A DNA stretch of 20,000 nucleotides from an uncultured virus (IMG/VR IMGVR_UViG_3300006738_005066) (lineage: Duplodnaviria > Heunggongvirae > Uroviricota > Caudoviricetes), in the IMG/VR virus record IMGVR_UViG_3300006738_005066; one strand, written 5' to 3'. A program made the translations under genes and the position numbers. Positions 8,940-17,576 of the stretch are shown here, one piece after another; the stretch's first letter is position 1, and every line of letters starts with the position of its first letter. The notes under the pieces are model-generated. The model did no database searches. It was not told the DNA's origin and saw only the letters and a program-made list of their open reading frames with translations.

Positions 8940-11323
8940 TGCCACAAAATCCAGACTATAAAGATTCTTATTTGCTGGTTAATTCTAATTTAATTGGCCT
9001 CAGGAATCGTGTGAAAAAGAGAGGCTCTCGCGGCAATTATGCTCTGCGTAGATCATGGGGCATTGCCGACAATCTGCGTGGGATATTAGGAAGTTACTAC
9101 GTTAATTATCCCACTCGACGCGGCAGCGGAGGCAACCAGCGTGCCCTAGATAATTTTGCTTCTGATAAGCTTCGCAATGCGTGGCACCGCAAACAAGTTA
9201 AAAACATTCCTTTAGCTTTAACGCCCTTCAGCACGATTGATGACAACTTGGGACCCAAGAGCGGCAAATATTTAATAAGGTTGGATAATACTGCTTGGAA
9301 TGCACTGGCATGGCGAAGCACTACTCAAAATCTGCTCCGTAAGAGTATTGACACAGAAGGGGAGGACGAGGGAGATCCTTATTGGGGATACTTTATCAAA
9401 CAGGGGTTTCCGCAAGGAAGCCTAGGTCGTCGCTCAGGTATTTTGCCCCCGCCGGCCATAAATACGAATAATTCCTATTTGGACCACACAATGCTTTATC
9501 TGGCTCCATCTTCGGATTCTAAAATTCGCCAGGCTAGCAACGCTAATTTGAAGATAGATTCGGTTTATAATTATTTTGTAGATACGACGCCCGAGTATGA
9601 GACAATTTCGCTGAAAGCCTCTGAGCCAATGCTGACCAATTTTTATTGTTTAGAATCGGAACTAAGAAATACGGGCTCGACTCTTAACTCTCCTGACTAT
9701 TTTGGGCAGCTAACACTTGATGGGCGCCTCCAAGAGCTAAACATTGATGGGGATCCGGAGCCGGATCCATGGTTCCAGAAAGTTGAAGGCCCTGCCGGCG
9801 GCTTTACCGAGAGTGACACTGTGCAACTTTACACACTATACAGCAAGGGTTTGCAAATTATACAAAATACTACGGGGTTAGAGGAGCTTAAGAGCGTTTT
9901 TAATCGCAAGTATAAAAATATAGTTATTTTAAATTCGGACTTGGAGGCCATGAGTAACCTGGTCACAAGAGATGATCAGACTTCTGGTTTAAGAAATCTG
10001 CCATTTTATAATAAGATCACCATTGGAAGAGACGACGGTAGCGTTTCGGACCCTGATAAAATTTTGGATGGCAATTCTTTTTTCGGGCGCCTTATTAGTG
10101 ATCTCAATAGTGAACTTGGCGAAGGCGCCGGGAGCAGCCTAATCGATGTTTTGCAGCTCTATGTTGTACAAAACCTAGAAAACCCGACCCTGAATGTTTC
10201 AGGAATTCCGTTTACCAGGCGAACTCTTACTCGCCGGAGCGCCACAAATCCTCAGGTTAACCTAACCAATGTGGACTCTTCAGTTATAACATTTAATTTT
10301 AACATGGATGCATTTCTGGCAGACTATAATAGCACTAGGATGGCGAATCTTCTAGATAGAATTAATGAGAATGAGACCACTGATGACAATTTTATTTTGA
10401 TTCGAGACTATAATCAAACACCTCAACCGGCAACCATCGAAACTGTACAAACCTTTAAAATGCTGAACGATGATGATAGGATCAACTACCCGATTCGATC
10501 TGCAGACGAGATCATTCTAGAAAATAAAAGGTGTTATAATCAAACCCTTTTGTACAAGATTGATAAGAGAGTGATTGATTCTGCTGGAAATGTGGGCTCA
10601 ACACCCGTACAAACATTCTATATTGGAAAATCTTTCAAGGGAAGGGACATTCGTTACATAGACTCGCAAGTTAAGTACGGTACGCGTTATCGGTACGAGA
10701 TTAGTGAAATAAGAATAGTATTTGGCTCTCGATACAGTTATAAAGATTTGAAAGTATTTTTCTCAACTGCAGCTGGCCTCGGCCGTGCAGTGGGGAATGC
10801 TTTGGGATTTTACAGGCCGATAAGAAGTGACATTCAACTGGATGATTATGTAAACAATCAAGTGATGGAGTACGCGGCAAAGGATAAGGATTTACCTTTT
10901 TCTGCAGTGGGGATAGAGGGCACCACGGAAACTGAATCTGCTCAGGTGGGGTATTACATTTTTAAACCGTCCAATCCGCGAGGCATTCCGATGGCGGATT
11001 TCTTGGACCTCCGCCGTGTGGGGACCGATTTCGTCAGTGCAAGGGATACTGGCGCTGATGCGGAGTTATTAAATAAAATGGAAGTTATGATCAAAGAAGG
11101 GTTTGGGCTTACAGGGAACGAGTCGGGTGGCGCCATGCCTGGCCACCTGACAGGATTCGAGCCCTCGAAGAACTTGAGGGCGCCGGCAATCGAAACACCT
11201 GTCGTTCCGATTGCTGGTACGACCCCTGGCGAGCTGGCACAGGCGCGCCTCCAGAGGCAACAGCTTACTTCCGGGCGCCAAAGCCTTATGAGGCGCCTGC
11301 TGAGGAAAAATAGAAACCAATGA
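8939..11323 (+). CDS. Large hypothetical phage protein (794 aa) with a possible FN3-like beta-sandwich segment
   Basis: Long ORF coupled at both ends (TAGTG, ATGA). YIDSQVKYGTRYRYEI resembles the 'Y/F-x-D..v..G..Y-x-Y-x-V' strand pattern of fibronectin type III repeats. Confidence 0.55.
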   Translation: MPQNPDYKDSYLLVNSNLIGLRNRVKKRGSRGNYALRRSWGIADNLRGILGSYYVNYPTRRGSGGNQRALDNFASDKLRNAWHRKQVKNIPLALTPFSTIDDNLGPKSGKYLIRLDNTAWNALAWRSTTQNLLRKSIDTEGEDEGDPYWGYFIKQGFPQGSLGRRSGILPPPAINTNNSYLDHTMLYLAPSSDSKIRQASNANLKIDSVYNYFVDTTPEYETISLKASEPMLTNFYCLESELRNTGSTLNSPDYFGQLTLDGRLQELNIDGDPEPDPWFQKVEGPAGGFTESDTVQLYTLYSKGLQIIQNTTGLEELKSVFNRKYKNIVILNSDLEAMSNLVTRDDQTSGLRNLPFYNKITIGRDDGSVSDPDKILDGNSFFGRLISDLNSELGEGAGSSLIDVLQLYVVQNLENPTLNVSGIPFTRRTLTRRSATNPQVNLTNVDSSVITFNFNMDAFLADYNSTRMANLLDRINENETTDDNFILIRDYNQTPQPATIETVQTFKMLNDDDRINYPIRSADEIILENKRCYNQTLLYKIDKRVIDSAGNVGSTPVQTFYIGKSFKGRDIRYIDSQVKYGTRYRYEISEIRIVFGSRYSYKDLKVFFSTAAGLGRAVGNALGFYRPIRSDIQLDDYVNNQVMEYAAKDKDLPFSAVGIEGTTETESAQVGYYIFKPSNPRGIPMADFLDLRRVGTDFVSARDTGADAELLNKMEVMIKEGFGLTGNESGGAMPGHLTGFEPSKNLRAPAIETPVVPIAGTTPGELAQARLQRQQLTSGRQSLMRRLLRKNRNQ

Positions 11324-12630
11324 AGTTTTACTGGTATTTAGACATCGAAGAAGATTCACGAGTCGAAGTCGCCTCGGAGTATGAGGTACCGATTAATGAT
11401 GCTGCAGCCCGTGGCGCCTTTTCAGTTGGCCCCGTTGAGCTAGCCGATAATGAAAAGCTGTCAGTGCGGGCGCTGATTCAGAAGTTTCAAGATGCTTTTG
11501 ACAATGCTTATGCCACAGGCGTCGCCCCGCGTCAATATGAAATAGAGGCCCGTATTCGTCCTTATGCACCGGGTGGAGTGGAAGATGCTGGGTTTGTTAC
11601 TGCGGTTACAGATGGCCGTGAGCTAATTGTAGAATATAGGATTTTTAATAGTGAGAATGTAGGGTTTACTCTTCTCTTTCGCTCGGGCCCCCATGGATCT
11701 AGCGGCGGCCTACTCGCTGGTCCAAAAGCAGTTGTTGGCGGCCCACCGGTCGCCGAGGTGATGGTTGACAATCAACCAGACATTAGAGGCTTCGCGGCGC
11801 CCTATTGCCAGTTGGAGGCCACTATTACAGATAGTCCGCCGGTCCCGCCGGATGTTGTTTTCGTGCCCTTTGTTGGAGTTAATAATAAGGTGATGGTCTT
11901 GTTTAATTCAAATGCAGGAGAAAAGCTGGCAAAACCCATCGTACTCCGCGACACTGATGTCTCCTTCGTTATCGACGAGTATTTTTCACAGCATCAAATA
12001 AGTATCACACAAGAGGATCTTCTTGCGTTTGGAACCGCTTCAGAGCTTAAATTGCAATATCGTAATGATGATCCTATTCGTAAATATGAATTATTTCGGA
12101 TTGACACAAAGCCCGCGGGCTATGATGCATTCAGAAATACTAACGTAACGCCTGATCCGATTCAAGCAGAGCTCGGCCCCGACAAGTATTCTACAGCTGT
12201 GGCGTTCGTTGATAGCATTGTTCCTAATAGAAAGTATTGGTATTGCGCGCGCTCTATTGACATCCATAACAACATCTCAAATCCTACTTACATTTTTGAG
12301 ATTGAGATGGTAGACAACCGGGGACAAATGTTTTTGCGAAATAAGGTCTTTATGTTTGAGCCACACATGTTAAACTATAAAAAACAGGGTCGCCGATTTT
12401 TGGCGATTGTTCCCAGAATGAGTCAAACTTTTTATGATTCGAGCGAATCATCCCCGGGAACTATTGCTATAAATGAAGCCCCGCAACCTAACATTTTGGG
12501 GACCAAAGAAGTGATCCAGACCTCTTCGGTTTGGGGGAAGAAGTTTAAAGTTCGTGTAACGAGCAAGAAGACAGGTAGAAAAGTTGACTTAAATTTGACG
12601 TTTAAAAACGATGGAGTTGTTATTCCATAG
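11320..12630 (+). CDS. Hypothetical virion protein with FN3-like domain
   Basis: ATGA overlap with the upstream stop. PPVPPDV...YELFRI...FVDSIVPNRKYWYCARSIDIHNNISNP matches the FN3 pattern (PP-x-P start, Y-x-l-y-R, F-x-D, Y-x-Y-x-V-x-A-x-D...S). Confidence 0.55.
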   Translation: MKFYWYLDIEEDSRVEVASEYEVPINDAAARGAFSVGPVELADNEKLSVRALIQKFQDAFDNAYATGVAPRQYEIEARIRPYAPGGVEDAGFVTAVTDGRELIVEYRIFNSENVGFTLLFRSGPHGSSGGLLAGPKAVVGGPPVAEVMVDNQPDIRGFAAPYCQLEATITDSPPVPPDVVFVPFVGVNNKVMVLFNSNAGEKLAKPIVLRDTDVSFVIDEYFSQHQISITQEDLLAFGTASELKLQYRNDDPIRKYELFRIDTKPAGYDAFRNTNVTPDPIQAELGPDKYSTAVAFVDSIVPNRKYWYCARSIDIHNNISNPTYIFEIEMVDNRGQMFLRNKVFMFEPHMLNYKKQGRRFLAIVPRMSQTFYDSSESSPGTIAINEAPQPNILGTKEVIQTSSVWGKKFKVRVTSKKTGRKVDLNLTFKNDGVVIP

Positions 12631-12649
12631 GAATAATAATTATTTATTC

Positions 12650-12659
12650 ACTATTTATA
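12650..12659 (+). promoter_or_regulatory. Candidate phage (late) promoter motif ACTATTTATA
   Basis: In an AT-rich 48-nt intergenic gap, 19 nt before the ATG at 12679. Exact copy at 14793-14802, and 9-nt match at 17529-17537. Confidence 0.55.
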
Positions 12660-12678
12660 TTCGAGAGGTTAAAAGAAA

Positions 12679-13662
12679 ATGAGTTTCTTAGATAATTCAG
12701 GCGACATCATACTTGATGCAGTTTTGACAGATACAGGCCGAATGCGCCTGGCAAAAGGCGACGGCAGTTTTAAGATAGACAAATTTGCCTTAGGCGACGA
12801 CGAGATAGATTATAGTCTTTATGACAAAAATAACGCTAGCGGATCCGCCTATTACGATTTGACAATCCTACAGACCCCCGTTTTAGAAGCATTTACCAAC
12901 AACATGTCTAGCATGAAGTCGCGCCTCTTAAGCGTTAACGATAACGACCTCTTATATCTTCCGGTCATTAAGTTGTTCACCCAGGCAGGCTTAGGGTCTG
13001 CTCTTAATGCCAATGGGTTTTATGTGATTCCGGTCGACAAAAGCACGGTCGAAACTGGTTTTGGCACTGCCCTCGGAAGCGGTATTTTGAACGGTTACCG
13101 CCCCAGTGACGATAGCGCACGAGTTGAACTTCAACAAGGCCTTAACACTACAGAGTTGGCGAAAGAAGATCCTCTGAGCGATCAACTCGTAGAAAATCAG
13201 TACATTATTCAAATTGATAATCGGTTGGGCCAGGTTTTTCCATCTGCTACGAATTCATCTGCGGTACGCGCACAGAATGCCGCCTCTAATGTGCAGCTAG
13301 CTCCAGCCACTTATGCCTTTTTGGATGATGATGGAATCGCTAATTACTATTTTGTTGGGGGAGAAGAGGGTCGCGGCTATGTTAATAATCTTGGTGCCAC
13401 CGATGCCTCTTCCATCGATGGCCCTCGGGGAACCAAGCTAGACTTCCGAATCGGGGCTAGCCTGGAGTTAAGAAACAGCAGCTATCTTTTTGAGCAGCTG
13501 GGATCTGTCGGCTCTGCGACGATCACTAACGATGCGACAAAGGGACAAAATCTCGTCCCTGGTACAAACCCTTATCGTTTTATCGACTCGGTGATCCGCG
13601 TCGCTGGAGTAAACACCGGATACAGCGTTGATATACCTGTTAGGTTTGTTAAGTTATCATAA
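12679..13662 (+). CDS. Putative tail/baseplate structural protein
   Basis: GAGG SD upstream. N-terminal LTDTGRMRLAKG...IDKFALGDD resembles the start of P2 gpH/DUF3751-type tail-fibre attachment domains (recalled pattern, not searched). Confidence 0.6.
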   Translation: MSFLDNSGDIILDAVLTDTGRMRLAKGDGSFKIDKFALGDDEIDYSLYDKNNASGSAYYDLTILQTPVLEAFTNNMSSMKSRLLSVNDNDLLYLPVIKLFTQAGLGSALNANGFYVIPVDKSTVETGFGTALGSGILNGYRPSDDSARVELQQGLNTTELAKEDPLSDQLVENQYIIQIDNRLGQVFPSATNSSAVRAQNAASNVQLAPATYAFLDDDGIANYYFVGGEEGRGYVNNLGATDASSIDGPRGTKLDFRIGASLELRNSSYLFEQLGSVGSATITNDATKGQNLVPGTNPYRFIDSVIRVAGVNTGYSVDIPVRFVKLS

Positions 13663-13673
13663 GGAAATAAATA

Positions 13674-14765
13674 ATGGCCACTTCATTTAAAACAATTGAT
13701 CCAAAAGATGTAGTCTCTACTAGAAATCTGTTACACGAAGCAATCCCCATTACCGGCACTATCGTATCTGGAACCTACTCTGGCTCGACCGGAGAGACCA
13801 ACATCAAGAACTATTCTCACGGTATGTTTCAGTCGGTTTACGATTACCCTTATTTGAGTTCTTCTGCCAATCACATTTTTGACGTAACGTGGGGATATTC
13901 AAATAGTTCTGCTCTTTCTTCTTCTACTAATGTTCAAAATGCTAAGAAAATCAACATTTATAACGAGATGGCTCAAGTTTTAGCTGGCTTTGATGAGAAC
14001 GGCAATGTGCGCCAATTCGATGAAGACGGCGATTTAACCGGCGGCAGCAAGATTAATGAAGCAGTCTTTGTTAACTTTTCACGCCTTCTGGCTAAGGATG
14101 AAATCAAAAAAGGAAGCTTTACTATAGAGTTGGGCGTCGAGCAGGACATTGGCCCCTGCATGGGCCAGGTTATCTCCATAACCGATGCTAGTGGTTCATC
14201 AGGATTTAAGGTGAATTCTCCCGCAGGAGAATACGGCCTATTGTTTGCGACCAATAAGGTCGGCACTCCTATGCCTACGTCCGATTTCGTCGCTGGGCTG
14301 GTTTACTATCAGGCAGGAATAGCAGTCTTATCTGCCTCAGTATTTTCTTCCACTTCCGGCAGCGCTGGTGGTATGTTGACAAAAGGCTGCGAAATGGTTA
14401 AGAACAATGAGGTCGGATACCAGTATATTCAGGGGATGCTCACCGGATCATCCATTTCGGGTTCTTGTGATGCTTTCCGTCGCCGCCTTTACAATGTTCA
14501 ATTTAATAATACCACTGAGCTGAACTCGACCATTTACTTCTGCCGAGCAAGCCATAATGATTTTAATTATTCGTCCAATCCTACGTACCTGAGCGCTAGC
14601 AAACTTGTGGTAAAGAACAAGTCGACCGACTCCCCGGTCAGCTATGCTACGGCGGTTGGTCTTTATTCGGCGGACAACGAACTTCTTGCTGTGGCCAAGT
14701 TGTCAGAGCCGTTACGTAAGGACCCCTCATCCGAGTTTACACTCCGGGTTCGTCTGGACTACTAG
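13674..14765 (+). CDS. Putative tail/baseplate structural protein; paralog of 14819..16120
   Basis: AAGGA SD. C-terminal SSNPTY...YATAVGLYSADNELLAVAKLSEPLRK...FTLRVRLDY is shared with the next gene. Confidence 0.6.
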   Translation: MATSFKTIDPKDVVSTRNLLHEAIPITGTIVSGTYSGSTGETNIKNYSHGMFQSVYDYPYLSSSANHIFDVTWGYSNSSALSSSTNVQNAKKINIYNEMAQVLAGFDENGNVRQFDEDGDLTGGSKINEAVFVNFSRLLAKDEIKKGSFTIELGVEQDIGPCMGQVISITDASGSSGFKVNSPAGEYGLLFATNKVGTPMPTSDFVAGLVYYQAGIAVLSASVFSSTSGSAGGMLTKGCEMVKNNEVGYQYIQGMLTGSSISGSCDAFRRRLYNVQFNNTTELNSTIYFCRASHNDFNYSSNPTYLSASKLVVKNKSTDSPVSYATAVGLYSADNELLAVAKLSEPLRKDPSSEFTLRVRLDY

Positions 14766-14792
14766 CTGCGGCATTCTTAAAAATAATACCAA

Positions 14793-14802
14793 ACTATTTA
14801 TA
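14793..14802 (+). promoter_or_regulatory. Candidate phage (late) promoter motif ACTATTTATA
   Basis: In an AT-rich 53-nt intergenic gap, 16 nt before the ATG at 14819. Identical to 12650-12659. Confidence 0.55.
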
Positions 14803-14818
14803 ATAGTAGGGAATTTAG

Positions 14819-16120
14819 ATGCCGGTTTATAAGTTTAAACAGAATGATGTCTTTCACAATACTTTAAAGACATATCCGCAAATTAAATATTTCATGTATA
14901 ATGGGTCCGCCTATTATAATGATGTGCCTGACATGTCCGGATCTTTTACGGGTTCGGTTCGGTGCACCGACGCCGGAAGTATTAGTTTATTTGAATTGAA
15001 TGTAGATCGGAAACACGATGAGAACTTAGGTTACATTACTGAGGTTCGAGATCTTCCTTTGGGCAACATTGAGCCCCTCAAATCCGTAAAAAACACAGGG
15101 ATGATCTATCAATTTATGGTTAAGGATGCAACGAAGCTCGGCTTCAGTTCGGTATCTTCCACGGCCTTTTCAAAGGGAATAATTGGAGAAGTCTTTACAG
15201 GTAGTCTTCCCTATACTTCGCGTATTACTAAGGAGTACTATTCTGCAGCCCAAGAGCGCTATACGTCTCCGGTTATTGTTGAGACCGAAGATCAAGGACT
15301 TGATGTTACAGCATCAGGTTCCGTTACACATTTATACGCACTGAAAAATACTTTAAATCACTACACTTATCTAAGCCCTCATTACGAATATTCTTCTTCT
15401 TTGTTGGGAAGAGACTTGGGAGCAGTGGAAGTTGGCTTGGTTTGTGTGCCTACAATTTTTTATGGATCCAAAATCAAGCCTGGAACAGTAAAGCTAGACT
15501 TTTATGTAAGCGGCGCCCTCGTGGGCCGTCTCGAAGATAAGAATCAAGATGGGGTCCTTATTCAAACGGCCCCCGTAGGTTCGGGTGGATCTGGAAGTGT
15601 AGCTGGCGTAACTCTTTATAACGAAGGGTTTATGGTTCTAACTGGCGCGTGGGACCTTACAAATGGCGAATATGTAGAGGCGACAGGGTATGGTACATCT
15701 AATGATTTCCCCAATTGGATAAATTTTGGTCAGTCCATCTCGGGGTCCATTACTGCTATTTCCTCTTCGTTTTTACTTGAAATGAGCGGTACGACAACAA
15801 CCCAGACGCTTACCATGTTTGCAACAGCACCTAAAGCAGAGCTCAACCATTCTAATAATCCTACTTTTCCGTCCTATTTTACGGGTTCTCTGGCCCCGAG
15901 TAGCAGCCAAGCATACATCGAAAATCAGCTAATAGGCATTAAAAATGTGGTAAGTTCCGCGTATACTAGTCCTACGGCCTCTTTTGAAAGAACTACATAT
16001 ATTTCTAAAGTTGGCATCTATGACAAGAACATGAATCTTATTGCAATCGCCAAGCCAGCCACTCCTATAAAAAAGGTTGCTGCGCGAGATTTTACTTTTA
16101 AGATAGAACTGGATACTTAA
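14819..16120 (+). CDS. Putative tail/baseplate structural protein; paralog of 13674..14765
   Basis: C-terminal SNNPTF...YISKVGIYDKNMNLIAIAKPATPIKK...FTFKIELDT. Internal KIKPGTVKL and VAGVTLYNEGFMVL match EIKKGSFTI and VAGLVYYQAGIAVL upstream. Confidence 0.6.
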   Translation: MPVYKFKQNDVFHNTLKTYPQIKYFMYNGSAYYNDVPDMSGSFTGSVRCTDAGSISLFELNVDRKHDENLGYITEVRDLPLGNIEPLKSVKNTGMIYQFMVKDATKLGFSSVSSTAFSKGIIGEVFTGSLPYTSRITKEYYSAAQERYTSPVIVETEDQGLDVTASGSVTHLYALKNTLNHYTYLSPHYEYSSSLLGRDLGAVEVGLVCVPTIFYGSKIKPGTVKLDFYVSGALVGRLEDKNQDGVLIQTAPVGSGGSGSVAGVTLYNEGFMVLTGAWDLTNGEYVEATGYGTSNDFPNWINFGQSISGSITAISSSFLLEMSGTTTTQTLTMFATAPKAELNHSNNPTFPSYFTGSLAPSSSQAYIENQLIGIKNVVSSAYTSPTASFERTTYISKVGIYDKNMNLIAIAKPATPIKKVAARDFTFKIELDT

Positions 16121-16659
16121 TGATTCTAGGGTTGGACATCTCAACCAGTATCACGGGCTACACTCTTTTAGAAAACGATGGTACTTTGAACAAGATCGGC
16201 CACATCGATCTTCGAAAAGAGAAAAACTTTTTCAAAAAGGCGCGCCTCGTCGAGGATACTCTAAGGGACATAGATAAAGAGAGCGTATCATGGGTTCAGC
16301 GTGTTTATATTGAGCAGTCCCTTCAATCGTTCCGTTCCGGATTTTCTTCGGCCCAAACTCTTTCTCTTCTTTCGCGGTTTAATGGCGTTGTGTCCTGGCT
16401 TTGTTATGACGTTTATAACCTAGAGCCCCAGTTCCTCGCAGCAACTTCTGCCAGAAAAACAGCCGGAATTAAAGTTCCCAGAGGAAAAAAAGCAAAAGAA
16501 GTTGTTCTTCAGTTTACTATTGACAACCTAGCGGGTTTTGATGTACAATACACTAGGCATGGAAATCCTAAGGCCGGTTATACTGATCAGGCCGATAGCT
16601 ATGTTATTGCAAGGGCGGGCTGGTTGAATGAAAGAGCAAAAGCTAAAGATACTGACTAA
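16120..16659 (+). CDS. ruvC: RuvC-like Holliday junction resolvase (RNase H fold)
   Basis: MILGLDISTSITGY (catalytic D), VYIEQ (E), L...NGVV helix, G...K..V, DQADSYVIA (D-x-x-D); 179 aa; TAATG overlap with the upstream gene. Confidence 0.85.
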   Translation: MILGLDISTSITGYTLLENDGTLNKIGHIDLRKEKNFFKKARLVEDTLRDIDKESVSWVQRVYIEQSLQSFRSGFSSAQTLSLLSRFNGVVSWLCYDVYNLEPQFLAATSARKTAGIKVPRGKKAKEVVLQFTIDNLAGFDVQYTRHGNPKAGYTDQADSYVIARAGWLNERAKAKDTD

Positions 16660-17563
16660 TGTACTTGGCGCTCCCTATCGGACGAATGATGAGTATCTTT
16701 TTAGGTGTCCTTATTGTGATCACTATAAGCGCAAATTCTCTGTAAATCTTGTCAAAGGTTATTACAAATGTTGGGTGTGTGACACTCGTGGGAAAAATCT
16801 TTATCGCGTCGTGCGACGATTTGGTACTCACCACGATAAATCTCAGTGGAGAGATTTAACTTCTGAGGTTGATTTTAATAAGCTCGAAGACTTGTTTGCC
16901 GAAAAAGTTGAAGAAAAACAAATACTGGAGATGCCGGAGGGATTTGTCTCTCTGGCAAATAGCGAGATGCCTCCTACTGGCTTTGCCGCAATGAATTACC
17001 TAAGAAAACGAGGAATAACCAAACAGGATGTTGTGTGGTGGAAGATGGGATATTGTTGCGGCGGAGAATATGAAGGGAGGGTGATCATTCCCTCCTTTGA
17101 CGATGAGGGAGATTTAAATTATTTTATTTCGCGATCGTATGATCGCAGCTACTACCCCAAGTATAAAAACCCTCCTGCAAGTAAGAACATTATTTTCAAC
17201 GACTTGTTTGTGGATTGGAGTTCGGATATAGTTTTGGTCGAGGGAATTTTTGATGCTATTGTTGCTGGCAGAAATGCGGTACCGATTTTGGGCTCTACTT
17301 TAAATCAGAATTCTGTTTTGCTCCGCAAGATCGTGAAAGAAGATGCAGGCGTTTATGTGGCTCTTGATCCGGACGCAAAGAAGAAAGAGCTTGAAATTAT
17401 CAAGACTTTGCTGGATTTTGATATTGAGGTTTGGAAAGTTGATCTCGCCGAGAACGAAGATGTTGGGTCGATGAACAAGGGACAATTTCAGAAATGCCTG
17501 GAAAATGCGACCCTTATCACTCCTGACAACTATTTATTGTTGACACTAGCAATGTCACTATAA
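16628..17563 (+). CDS. Phage DNA primase (DnaG-type; N-terminal Cys4 Zn finger + TOPRIM)
   Basis: CPYC...CWVC zinc finger, YLRKRGI, GRVIIP, YF-x-SR, PKYKNP, LVEGIFDAI, LDPD, EDVG. The 311-aa size is like phage T4 gp61-type primases. Confidence 0.9.
   Translation: MKEQKLKILTNVLGAPYRTNDEYLFRCPYCDHYKRKFSVNLVKGYYKCWVCDTRGKNLYRVVRRFGTHHDKSQWRDLTSEVDFNKLEDLFAEKVEEKQILEMPEGFVSLANSEMPPTGFAAMNYLRKRGITKQDVVWWKMGYCCGGEYEGRVIIPSFDDEGDLNYFISRSYDRSYYPKYKNPPASKNIIFNDLFVDWSSDIVLVEGIFDAIVAGRNAVPILGSTLNQNSVLLRKIVKEDAGVYVALDPDAKKKELEIIKTLLDFDIEVWKVDLAENEDVGSMNKGQFQKCLENATLITPDNYLLLTLAMSL
17529..17537 (+). promoter_or_regulatory. Third copy of the candidate promoter motif (ACTATTTAT) inside the primase 3' end
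   Basis: Lies 39 nt before the ATG at 17577, which opens the small-gene cluster. Confidence 0.4.
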
Positions 17564-17576
17564 AGGAATCATTTAA

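Noticed and set aside
12631..12649. GAATAA/TTATTC inverted repeat as an intrinsic terminator
   Set aside because: The stem is almost entirely A-U with no clean U-tract, too weak to call.
16120..16659. RuvC-fold protein as a TnpB/Cas12-like or transposase nuclease
   Set aside because: It is only 179 aa with the catalytic Asp at residue 6. There is no Zn ribbon or REC/WED region and no IS ends, which fits a stand-alone resolvase.
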